Under the pieces are notes generated by a model. It saw only the letters and a list, made by a program, of their open reading frames with translations, was not told the origin of the DNA and searched no databases. Positions 48,894 through 58,454 of a stretch of 64,000 nt of DNA are shown here, in pieces (position 1 is the stretch's first letter; the number at the start of each line of letters is the position of its first letter). The position numbers were made by a program, and so were the translations under genes. The DNA is taken from the NCBI GenBank assembly GCA_965197905.1, contig CBDAOB010000003.1, positions 64,001 to 128,000 of the forward strand. Direction: 5' to 3'. This stretch comes from Candidatus Latescibacterota bacterium. GTDB taxonomy: Bacteria > Latescibacterota > UBA2968 > UBA8231.

Positions 48894-48948
48894 CGGAGAT
48901 GGCTACTGATGAGACGCGAAGCTGCAACCCTAGGAAAGTGAGACACTG

Positions 48949-49953
48949 ATGGCAGACAAAGTGAGAGTCGCATTGATCGGCGCGGGGGGCATGGGCATGA
49001 ATGTCCACCTCCCTTGTCTGGCGAGTTTGTCCGATGTCGAATTAGTGGCTGTCTGCGACGTGGTAGAGGAGAAGGCGCAAGAGGCTGCACAAGAATTCGG
49101 CATCCCTCTGAGTTTTTCCGACTACAACGAGATGCTCTCCGCAACCGATCCCCAGGTGGTCTATGCCGTATTGAGACCTCAGGACCTCTACGAACCGGCA
49201 GCGGTGGTCCTCCGGCAGGGGCGGCATCTCTTCGTCGAGAAGCCGTTGGCGATGACGGCGAAACAGGCACAGATGTTGGCTTATCTCGCCCACGAGCATT
49301 CCTGCCTTACGGCGGTGGGTTTTCAGAGGCGGCACATCCCGGCGCTCACGGCGCTAAAGCCGCGGGTCGAGGAACAGGGACCGATCCACCAGGCAACCGT
49401 GAGTTTTCTCAAGGGGGGGCAGCACTTTCCCCTCGACAAGCATGCCGGCCTCTGGGGCGCCGTGATTGACAACCTGACGGTGGATGGAGTTCATGCGGTG
49501 GACAACCTGAGATTTCTTTGCGGTGGTGAAGTGGTAAGTGTGGCGGCCCATGTTCGCGCCCGCTACGTGCCGGGGCCAATGCCCAACGAGTTTACCGCTC
49601 TGGTGTCGTTCAGCACGGGTGCGGTCGGTATCCTCAACTCCAGCTACGCTACTCGTATCGGTGTGTTTCGAGCTGAGTTCCACAGCAGGAACATCACCGG
49701 CTACGTGGATGCGAACGGTCAGTCGTTCATCAGGGCTGGTCGAGAAAAGTCGGAGGTGTACGAGTCGAAGGAATTTGGAACTGCAGGAGGAGCACCGGGG
49801 GACAACCATCTGCATTGGGCCGGTTTCTGGCATGAAAACCGGCATTTCATCGATTGCGTGAAAGAGGGACACCAACCATTGACCCACTTTGCCGACGCCG
49901 TCAAGACCATGGAGCTGGTGGAGCAGATCCACAAGGTGGGCGCCAGAAATTGA
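48949..49953 (+). CDS. Gfo/Idh/MocA oxidoreductase
   Basis: IGAGGMG, VEKP, GFQRR, DGVHAVD. Confidence 0.88.
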   Translation: MADKVRVALIGAGGMGMNVHLPCLASLSDVELVAVCDVVEEKAQEAAQEFGIPLSFSDYNEMLSATDPQVVYAVLRPQDLYEPAAVVLRQGRHLFVEKPLAMTAKQAQMLAYLAHEHSCLTAVGFQRRHIPALTALKPRVEEQGPIHQATVSFLKGGQHFPLDKHAGLWGAVIDNLTVDGVHAVDNLRFLCGGEVVSVAAHVRARYVPGPMPNEFTALVSFSTGAVGILNSSYATRIGVFRAEFHSRNITGYVDANGQSFIRAGREKSEVYESKEFGTAGGAPGDNHLHWAGFWHENRHFIDCVKEGHQPLTHFADAVKTMELVEQIHKVGARN

Positions 49954-50325
49954 CGGAACAGCGAACCGTCGGTGTGCGCCGGATCGAACTTGGTGATGTC
50001 AAACACGTCAAGGTCCACTACGACGACCGTCTCTAACGTCGTCCGAGTCGCGTCCTCCCTTTAATCCTCGCACATACCTGGCCGGGCGTCTTCGTTTGCA
50101 GAGTTGCCGTGAGAGCCGCATGGTTCCAACGACTCGATGACTGTGGCTCTCAACGCCGAACATCACCTCAGCGGCTCCTGCCTGACGAATACGACTCGAC
50201 GATGGTCATAATTGTGTGTTCATGCGCCATTAACAGAATCCAGTGTGCTGATCGATTTGGTTAGGTAACTATCTATAGTTAGTAAAAACAATAGTTTATG
50301 TAAAAAGCGCAATAGTACGGAATAT

Positions 50326-50341
50326 CGGCACGTAACTTGCA
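50326..50341 (+). promoter_or_regulatory. Sigma54 (-24/-12) promoter of the cyclase operon
   Basis: CGGCACGTAACTTGCA (GG-N10-GC); AT-rich upstream tract with IHF-like AAACAATAGTTTA at 50286-50298. Confidence 0.75.
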
Positions 50342-50422
50342 ATAGTGAATTATTCCATGTAGTTTGCCAGCCCTGAGCCAGGTTGTGACTGGGGTGGATT
50401 GATTTCTTCGGAGTGAGTGGCC

Positions 50423-53400
50423 ATGAAGTGCCCAAACTGCAGCTTCGAGAGTCCCGCCGAGTTTTTATACTGCGGCAAGTGCGGCACAAGGATCGATCAC
50501 ACGGCGGCGAAGCGGGGCTTTATTCCGCCCAATCATCCAGTACGCAGCACTCGGGACGCCACAGATTCGGTGGCCCAACAATCAGCAGCTGCTGACGCCG
50601 AACGACGGCAGCTCACTGTCATGTTCTGCGATCTGGTCGGCTCGACGCCCCTCGCCGAACGGCTGGATCCGGAAGAGCTGCGCGAAATTCTGCGGCAATA
50701 CCAGGAAACCTGCAGCAAGGTAGTACTCAGGTTCGAAGGGCACATCGCACGCTATCTCGGCGACGGGTTGCTGGTCTACTTCGGGTATCCAAAGGCGCAT
50801 GAAGATGATGCTCATCGAGCAGTGCGGGCCGGACTAGGAATTCTTGCCGCGATGACTCGACTGCGGATGCGCTTCGAGAAAGAGAAAGGTATATGTCTGG
50901 ATCTGCGTTTGGGAATCCACACGGGCCTGGTGGTGGCCGGAGACATGGACGCCGGTGAAGAGCTAGAAACAATGGCTGTTGTCGGCGAAACTCCCAACAT
51001 AGCCGCACGACTGCAGACTCTGGCCGAGCCCAATTCCTTGATCGTGAGCAAAGCTACCAAGCAACTCGTCGAAGGTTTCTTCAATTGCCGAGGTCTGGGG
51101 AAAAAACAGCTAGAAGGGATTTCAGTTCCCGTCGAGGTGTACGAGGTTCTCGACGAAAGTGCCGTGCGGAGCCGGCTGGAGATCACCGGACCCAGGGAGA
51201 TGGCGCCGCTGGTGGGCAGGGATCACACTGTTGGACTGTTGATGGACGGATGGGAAAAGGCGAGGGAAGGGATTGGTCGGGTAATGCTTATCAGTGGGGA
51301 GCCGGGGATTGGGAAGTCTAGACTCGTTCACGTAATAAAGGAGCATGTTTCAGAGGATCCCACTGCGTGGCTGATGGAATGCCGGTGTTCTCCGTACCAC
51401 CAGCGCACGGCATTCTACCCCATGGTGGATCTCCTTGAGCGGATCGTGCTCAAGATCGGGCACGACGAATCAGCCGCGGAGCGCCTGGCGAAGTTAGAGA
51501 AGCTACTCCTACAGCTCGGGCTGCCGCTGGCCGAAGCGGTGCCACTCCTTGCGGAGCTACTGGCTCTGCCATCCAATGGCAGGTATGAGGAACTCAGGCA
51601 GTCTCCAGAGGAACGCCGTCGCCAGACGATGGATGCTCTTACCAATATCCTGCTGGAGATTGCCAAGCGACAACCGCTGCTTTTCGTGGTCGAGGATCTC
51701 CACTGGATCGACCCGACGACCTTGGAGCTGCTCAATCTGGTCGTGGACCAGGGGCCCAGCGCACGCATTTTCGCACTGTTCACCTATCGACCTGAATTCA
51801 TTCCCACGTGGGCGGGATGAGCTTTCGTGACGCAAGTGGCTCTGACCCGATTGACCACTCAGCAGATTCAGGAAGTGGTCGGCTGGGTTGTGGGCGGGAA
51901 GGCATTGCCCGACATGGTGATGGAACAAGTGGTCAGCAAAACAGACGGTGTGCCACTGTTCGTAGAAGAGCTGACCAAGATGGTGCTGGAGTCCAATCTC
52001 CTAAAGGAGACGGACGACCGTTACGAGCTAGTTGGCCCATTGCCGCCCCTGGCGATTCCAACTACCCTGCAGGACTCCCTCATGGCTCGTCTAGATCGGC
52101 TGGGCGCGGCGAAGGAGACGGCGCAGCTGGGTGCTACTTTCGGCCGCGACATTCCGTTCGAGTGGTTGCGGGCCGTAACCACATTGGACGAGGCTGAGTT
52201 GCAGCGCCATGTCAACACCTTGGTAGAGGCGGAACTGCTGTTTGCGCACGGCGAGGCGTCGTAGGTGTCATACGCCTTCAAGCACGCCTTGATACAAGAC
52301 GCGGCGTACCAGTCGCTACTGGTAAGCACCCGCCAGGGCTATCACGTACGCATCGCCAACACACTTGAGACCCGCTTCCCAGAAATGACCAAGTCACAGC
52401 CTGAGCTCATCGCCCACCATTACACCGAAGCGGGTCTGAGCGAGCAGGCCGTGCCGTACTGGCGCTGGGCCGGCGAGCTTGCTACTGCAAAATTCGCCAA
52501 TCGCGAGGCGATCGATCACTTCGGCAAGGGACTGGGACTGATTCGCGACCTGGAAAAAGCCGACAAGCACGCGCGGATAGAGTCGGAGTTGCAGCTCGGC
52601 ATGGGGTATGCCCAGCATCGGGATGGCCGGACTCTCGAAGCAATGGAAGCTTTCGAAAAAGCCGCGAGATGTGCCAGGGATGCGAAATCGACAGACTGTC
52701 TTGCTCGCGCTGCTATCGGCTACGAAGAGGTGCGATGGCGATTCAACCTGGCAACCGATGTGGGCCGAGAACTCCTCGAAGAAGCCGCGCAGCGATTAAG
52801 TGAGGAAGATAGTATCCTGAGGGCGAGCGTTCTGGGAGCGCTGGCTAGAGAGTTGACGCATGCCGATCCCGAGCGTTCGAGCGCGCTGTGGGAGCAAGCG
52901 ATAAGGCTGGCTCGGCGGGCGGGAGATTCCGAAGCGCTATACGTCGTTCTGAGGGGGAGCCTTTTCGCAAATCGGAGACCGGAAACATTCGCCCAGCAGC
53001 TGGCCGTGGTTGAGGAAGCGATGCAGCTCGCGGTACTCCTGGGCGACAAGGAACGCGAGCTGGACATGCATGGGTTTCTGTTATACCAGCATCTCGAAGC
53101 GGGTGATCTGCAGGCAGTCACGCGGAGCCACAAGACTAGCAATGAATTGCGGAAGGTTGTCCACCTGCCGTTTTACGACCACATATGGATGCTAAACGAG
53201 GTGACGCTCGCATACCTTAGCGGCCGTTTCGATGAGGCGGAGCAGTTGGCGCAGGAAGCCCAGGTTCTCGGTGATAAGATGGAGCTGGACGTGGATGGTC
53301 CGTACGGCATGCAGATGTTCAACATTCGGAGACAGCAGGGCCGGCTGCGGGAGGTGGCACCGCTGGTTGAGCTCTTCCTGGAACAATATTCGTTGGATTC

Positions 53401-53947
53401 CACGTGGAGACCGGGACTCGCTCTCATTCACGCCGAACTGGGCAACATCGAGGAGGCGAGAGCCGAGTTCGAGAATCTTGCAGCCAGCGATTTCACCGAC
53501 ATCCCCAGAGACGCCATGTGGACCGGCACAATGTCGTACTTAAGTGAGGTCTGCGTCTTCCTCGGCGACCGTCGACGGGCAGCGCTTCTGTATCAGCTGC
53601 TGTTGCCGTACGTGGGCTATAACGTGATGGTGGGCGCGGGCGTAATGTGTTACGGTGCCGCCTGTCGCTATCTAGGTAATCTTTCAACCGTCCTGCGCCG
53701 CTGGGAAGAAGCGGAAAAGCACTACGTAGAAGCGCTACGACTCAACCTGCAACAAGGTGCGAGACCGTACGTGGCCCACACCCAGTGCGACTACGCCGAA
53801 ATGTTGCGCGCGCGCGGCAGGAACGCCGATCGAGCAAGGGCGGATACCTTGTTAGAGGAGGCGGCTGTGTTGGCGCGGGATCTCGGTATGAACGAGCTGG
53901 AAAGCAAGGTAGAGTCCCGTCGTGCGCCCGCGCCTGCGCGCGATTGA
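50423..53947 (+). pseudogene. Zn-ribbon + class III nucleotide cyclase + AAA/STAND ATPase + TPR-like protein, interrupted by in-frame TGA (51818-51820) and TAG (52262-52264)
   Basis: CPNC..CGKC; MFCDLVGST, YLGDG, GIHTG, GETPNIAARL; GEPGIGKS, VEDLHW; GVPLFVEEL, FKHALIQDAAY; the three ORF-track pieces share one frame. Confidence 0.85.
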
Positions 53948-54005
53948 TGTGTGGGTCAGACGGGCTTGAGATGCCAACGTATTAGCCACCAACAAGGAGT
54001 TGAAT

Positions 54006-54269
54006 ATGCCACTGTTCTTGATCGAGCGAAACTTTGCAGAACAACACTTGCCGACAGAGACAGGCATCCGGGAGGTGACGAAGGCAAATGCAGAGGAAGG
54101 GGTCAAGTGGCTGTTTTCGTTCCTCAGTGCCGACAAGCGGAAGACTTACTGCCTGTACGAAGCCCCGAGCGCCGAGCCAATCCGCAAGGCTGCCGACCGG
54201 CTCGGTTTACCGGCGGATGTGATAGTCGAGGTTAGCGAGATTGGCCCCGAAATGTTCTCGCGGGCGTGA
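54006..54269 (+). CDS. DUF4242 (SCO4226-like) small protein
   Basis: MPLFLIER, KTYCLYEAPS, GLPAD; AAGGAG RBS. Confidence 0.82.
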   Translation: MPLFLIERNFAEQHLPTETGIREVTKANAEEGVKWLFSFLSADKRKTYCLYEAPSAEPIRKAADRLGLPADVIVEVSEIGPEMFSRA

Positions 54270-54275
54270 CCCCAT

Positions 54276-55736
54276 TTGATCATGACCGGTTACATCACAT
54301 TCCTCGGATCTACCGGGCTGTTGGCAGGTGTCCCCTCTGCTGAGTTGCAGGCCATTTCCGACTCGGTGGAAAAGATCGAGCTGCAGCGGGGAGCAACCCT
54401 ATTTCGGGAAGGGGATCCAGGAGATGCCGTTTACCTCATCAAAGAGGGGAAGCTCCGGCTCGAAAGTAACGAGGTGCCTATCGCCAGCCGCACCGTTGGC
54501 GATACGGTTGGCGAACTCGCTTTGGTAGACAACGAAAGGCGGAGCGCCTCCGCCGTCGCCGATACAAAGGTGGCCCTCCTCAAGTGGTCCAAAGAGAACT
54601 TTCACGACACATTGCGGCGAAGCCCGGAAGCGGCGCTGGGTATTTTGCGAGTGTTGTCGGCCAAGTTGCGCGAAGATGTGGCTGTCCAGGTGATCACTGC
54701 GAGGCAGTTGCAGCAGGCAAATGAGCAACTCGAAAGGGAAAACCGCAGCCTGCGGGTGCGCCTATCCCCTACGCCCGAGATGGTTACCGACAGTCCTCGC
54801 ATGGAGCAGGTGATCGAACTGGCACGCAAGGTGGCGGACACCTCAAGCACGGTCTTGCTGCGCGGTGAGAGCGGTACCGGCAAGGAGGTATTGGCGCATC
54901 TGATTCATCGCCACAGCGACTATCGCGACGGTCCGTTTATTCCCGTACACTGCGCCGCACTGCCCCGCGACCTCCTCGAAAGCGAGCTCTTCGGCCACGA
55001 AAAGGGTGCGTTCACCGGCGCTACCGCGCGCCGCGTCGGTCGCTTTGAGTTGGCAGATGGCGGTACGCTTTTTCTAGATGAGATAGGAGAACTGGATCAG
55101 GACATCCAGGTCAAGCTGTTGCGGGTGCTGCAGTCGCAGGAGTTCGAGCGGATTGGGGGCAGCAAGACCATTAGCGTGAATGTACGGCTGATCTCGGCGA
55201 CCAATCGAAACCTGGAAGAGGCGGTTGCCTCGGGCGGGTTTCGGGAGGATCTATATTACCGATTGAACGTAATACCAATCTTGTTGCCGCCTCTCCGCGA
55301 GCGGCGAGAGGATATCCCGCTGTTAGTGGAGCACTTCCTCGCACAGTACAGCAAAGAGCTTGCTCGGCCCGCATGCCGGGCATCCGCCCAGGCGATGGAC
55401 ATGTTAGCTAGCTATTCATGGCCCGGGAACGTGCGCGAGCTGCAGAACCTGGTGGAGCGAATGGTCGTCGTGGTTGACGATGAGATCATCGGACCGTTGC
55501 ACCTGCCGCCGGAGATGCAAGGACTAAGGAATCCGATAACCGATCCGGTCCCTGCAGGGATGGAGCCTCTTGCCGAAGTCGAGGAGAGACATGTCAGAGC
55601 TGCCCTCATTCGATGTGGCTGGAATCAGAGTCGCGCGGCCAGGCTTCTCGAGATCTCCCGCGAGCAGCTCCGCCATCGGATCAGACAGTACCAGATCGAG
55701 GGGCCTTGGAAAGTCGGCGCTCCGGAGCGCAATTGA
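54276..55736 (+). CDS. cNMP-binding domain sigma54-dependent enhancer-binding protein (Fis-type HTH)
   Basis: [76 protein letters not shown]; start could be ATG 54282. Confidence 0.93.
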   Translation: MIMTGYITFLGSTGLLAGVPSAELQAISDSVEKIELQRGATLFREGDPGDAVYLIKEGKLRLESNEVPIASRTVGDTVGELALVDNERRSASAVADTKVALLKWSKENFHDTLRRSPEAALGILRVLSAKLREDVAVQVITARQLQQANEQLERENRSLRVRLSPTPEMVTDSPRMEQVIELARKVADTSSTVLLRGESGTGKEVLAHLIHRHSDYRDGPFIPVHCAALPRDLLESELFGHEKGAFTGATARRVGRFELADGGTLFLDEIGELDQDIQVKLLRVLQSQEFERIGGSKTISVNVRLISATNRNLEEAVASGGFREDLYYRLNVIPILLPPLRERREDIPLLVEHFLAQYSKELARPACRASAQAMDMLASYSWPGNVRELQNLVERMVVVVDDEIIGPLHLPPEMQGLRNPITDPVPAGMEPLAEVEERHVRAALIRCGWNQSRAARLLEISREQLRHRIRQYQIEGPWKVGAPERN

Positions 55737-55882
55737 GTATTCATGCATAAATAATTGTGCACATACGCTCAGTTAGAAGTCGACCTCTGGCTATAAAATG
55801 TGTGTCGCGGCCGCTCGCAAAACTCCATAAATCATTGTTAATACGAAAGATTGAAACAGGTTTGTGCGATGAGTGTGCCTGC

Positions 55883-55898
55883 TGGTCCGCTAGTTGCA
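55883..55898 (+). promoter_or_regulatory. Sigma54 (-24/-12) promoter of the flavoprotein operon
   Basis: TGGTCCGCTAGTTGCA (GG-N10-GC); IHF-like site on the minus strand at 55828-55840. Confidence 0.6.
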
Positions 55899-55955
55899 AT
55901 GCATACAGGGTCGAACATGCCCACAAACCTCACCTTAGAAAAAGGAGTTACCGCA

Positions 55956-57158
55956 ATGAGCCAGACGACAGCTGCTGAAATGGTCGGCACGAACGGCCAG
56001 GTACTGTCAGAGGATACCCTTCAACGCTGCCTCGAACGGGCCCCCGGCTATGATGAGGGGAACACATTCTTCCAGGAAGATTTCGATGAACTGAAGGATG
56101 CGGGTTATCTAACCATGGCCGTCCCGAAGGAGTTGGGCGGCAAGGGGATGACGCTAGCCGAGGTAGCTCGGGAACAAACTAGACTAGCATACTTTGCGCC
56201 TGCTACGGCTCTCGCTATCAACATGCATCTCTACTGGACCGGGTTGGTTGCCGACGTGTGGCGGTCCGGCGACCGCTCGCTGGAGTGGTTGCTGACCGAG
56301 GCCGCGGCCGGTGAGGTATTCGCGGCCGGTCACGCCGAAAGCGGCAACGACCTTCCGGTTCTGCTATCCACGACCAATGCCGAACGGGTTGACGGCGGCT
56401 ATCGGTTCACCGGACACAAGTCATTCGGAAGCCTGACCCCCGTGTGGACGCGACTTGGAATTCACGGCATGGATACCAGCGATCCCGAAGCGCCGAAGAT
56501 TGTGCACGCCTTCATGACCCGAGACGCCGAGAACTACACCATCAAAGATACCTGGGATGTTTTGGGCATGCGCGCCACGCGCAGCGACGACACGCTGCTC
56601 GAAGGGGTGTTTGTGCCGGACCAGTATATCGCTCGGGTTGTGCCCCCGGGTGCCGCCGGAATCGATCTGTTTGTCTTGGGCATATTCGCATGGGCGCTGC
56701 TGGGTTTCGGCAGCGTTTACTACGGGCTGGCGCGAAGGGCTTTTGATGTGACCATAGAGGCGATCAAGAAAAAGACCTCGCTCGGGCTTACTCGCTCGAT
56801 GGCCGACCACGCCGGGGTCCAGCACGTCGTCGCCGAGATGGCGATCGAGCTGGAGTCTATCGGTCCTCACCTCGAGAAGATCTGCCAGGATTGGTCCACT
56901 GGGGTCGATCATGGCGCCGAGTGGGGAGCGAAGATCTGCGCCGCGAAGTACCACGCCGTGGAGGGCTCGTGGAAGGTCGTCGACAAATGCATCGAGGTGG
57001 CCGGCGGCTTTGGAATCTTCAAGAAGGCAGGGTTGGAGCGCCTGTTCCGGGATGCGCGATTGGGGCGCATCCATCCCTCGAACTATTTCCTCACTCACGA
57101 GTTCGTAGCGAAGACAGTCCTGGGGATCGACCCGGACGAGGCACCGCGGTGGGGCTAG
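55956..57158 (+). CDS. Acyl-CoA dehydrogenase-fold flavoprotein
   Basis: VPKELGG, FTGHKSFGS, WDVLGMRATRS, LERLFRDAR; ATG after AAAGGAG. Confidence 0.88.
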   Translation: MSQTTAAEMVGTNGQVLSEDTLQRCLERAPGYDEGNTFFQEDFDELKDAGYLTMAVPKELGGKGMTLAEVAREQTRLAYFAPATALAINMHLYWTGLVADVWRSGDRSLEWLLTEAAAGEVFAAGHAESGNDLPVLLSTTNAERVDGGYRFTGHKSFGSLTPVWTRLGIHGMDTSDPEAPKIVHAFMTRDAENYTIKDTWDVLGMRATRSDDTLLEGVFVPDQYIARVVPPGAAGIDLFVLGIFAWALLGFGSVYYGLARRAFDVTIEAIKKKTSLGLTRSMADHAGVQHVVAEMAIELESIGPHLEKICQDWSTGVDHGAEWGAKICAAKYHAVEGSWKVVDKCIEVAGGFGIFKKAGLERLFRDARLGRIHPSNYFLTHEFVAKTVLGIDPDEAPRWG

Positions 57159-57227
57159 TAACGGAGGGCGAAAGGGCGTGGCGAGCATTATCAAGAGGGC
57201 CAGAACGCCAATTAAGGTGGTGCTACA

Positions 57228-57405
57228 ATGACTCAAGCTGATACCAGCAACAATCAAATGTCCGTGCTTCGAAGTCCGTATGAAAAACTCGCAGGTTGTT
57301 ATCATCTGGTGCGCATTACCGACAAGATCCGCTTAGTTTCGATGCTTCAAGATCGAGGACTGGGATGAGGGTCGTTTACTAGACTTGAAAGGCATCGAGC
57401 GATGA
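57228..57405 (+). pseudogene. Hollowed DUF5069-like gene remnant
   Basis: LRSPYEKLAGCYHLVRITDKIRL, then in another frame KIEDWDEGRLLD..., ending in an ATGA overlap with the next gene. Confidence 0.55.
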
Positions 57406-58241
57406 ATTTGCCAACAATGCAGCTTACCAACATCAATGGCATCAACTTGGAAATCTCGGATCGTGGATCGGGAGATCCCGTCGTGTTTATTCACGGCGCC
57501 AGTGGGGACGAGTGTTTCGCGGTCCTTGAGGAACCCGCCCTCGCCGACTCTTATCGTCTGATACATTATCATCGACGCGGCTGGGGCCAGAGCGAATGTC
57601 TGGAGATGCCGGTCAGTAACGAACTACAGTCAGCGGACTGCCAGGCGCTTCTTCGACATCTGGGCATCGGACGGGCGCACTTCGTCGGTCAGTCCGGTGG
57701 CGGCATCGTGGCCTTGCAGGTCGCGCTGGACGCTCCTGAGATGGTGCATTCTATTGCCCTGCTCGAACCGGCGCTGCCTTCTGTTCTTTTCAACGCCGCG
57801 GAGTTCGGTGCCGTAGCGGAAAAAGCCGTGGCGGCGTACGAGTCAGGTAACAAGGCTGACGCGATCGACACCTTTGGCCAGGAGGTAGCCGGGGTTGATT
57901 ACCGCAAAGTGTTTGACCGGACCTTGCCGCCCGGCAACTTCGAACGTTGGGTGGCCGACGCGGATACTCTATTTCAGGCTGATTTCCCAGCTTACCCTGC
58001 ATGGACCTTTGGCGGTGACGAGGCCGCTCGTATTTCGCAGCCGACACTCAACATGATGGGGGCCAATACCAACTCTTATTTCCGGGAAATTTACGAAACT
58101 GTGTGTTCATGGGTACCTCACGCGGAGAACTTCGTTCTGCCCAACGCGACCCATGCCATGCTGCAGACGAATCCGAAAGCTGCGGCTGAGCGTTTAGCAA
58201 GCTTCTTCTCGAACAATCCGTTGCAAGAGGGGATGGCATGA
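57402..58241 (+). CDS. Alpha/beta hydrolase
   Basis: FIHG, RRGWG, GQSGG nucleophile elbow, THAM. Confidence 0.88.
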   Translation: MNLPTMQLTNINGINLEISDRGSGDPVVFIHGASGDECFAVLEEPALADSYRLIHYHRRGWGQSECLEMPVSNELQSADCQALLRHLGIGRAHFVGQSGGGIVALQVALDAPEMVHSIALLEPALPSVLFNAAEFGAVAEKAVAAYESGNKADAIDTFGQEVAGVDYRKVFDRTLPPGNFERWVADADTLFQADFPAYPAWTFGGDEAARISQPTLNMMGANTNSYFREIYETVCSWVPHAENFVLPNATHAMLQTNPKAAAERLASFFSNNPLQEGMA

Positions 58242-58293
58242 AGGCAGAGTGCGTGGACGAAACAGGAACTACGCCAAAAGCTGCGGGGGCCTA

Positions 58294-58454
58294 GTGCCCA
58301 GTATCGAAAATATGCCTGTATTAATTCGCCGATTCATCCCGACCTGCTGCGTTACGCTCACTCGGCGTATTCACCAATACGCCTGGATCGCGCGCCTTGC
58401 AGGCCGGGCGACTCGGGGCCTTCATTTCACAAGCCTACTTCCGATACAGGGCAC
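58294..58454. repeat. MITE-like element, copy B (161 bp)
   Basis: CTA-GTGCCCAGTATCG...CGATACAGGGCAC-TAG; near-identical to 36369-36529. Confidence 0.85.

Noticed and set aside
49950..50036. 28-aa ORF (L/M)TEQRTVGVRRIELGDVKHVKVHYDDRL overlapping the previous stop
   Set aside because: Plausible truncated gene start, but no family can be assigned
50423..55736. Pycsar/CBASS-type anti-phage system (cyclase + cNMP effector)
   Set aside because: The cNMP domain is fused to a sigma54 activator, not a TIR or TM killing domain, and the cyclase is a large STAND type; a regulatory role fits better
58238..58294. ATGA-coupled 18-aa ORF ending at MITE copy B
   Set aside because: May be a gene truncated by the element; insufficient evidence
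36369..58454. CRISPR array, tRNA or rRNA
   Set aside because: The repeats are dispersed elements with TIRs, not regularly spaced direct repeats; no cas genes or cloverleaf/rRNA signatures were seen
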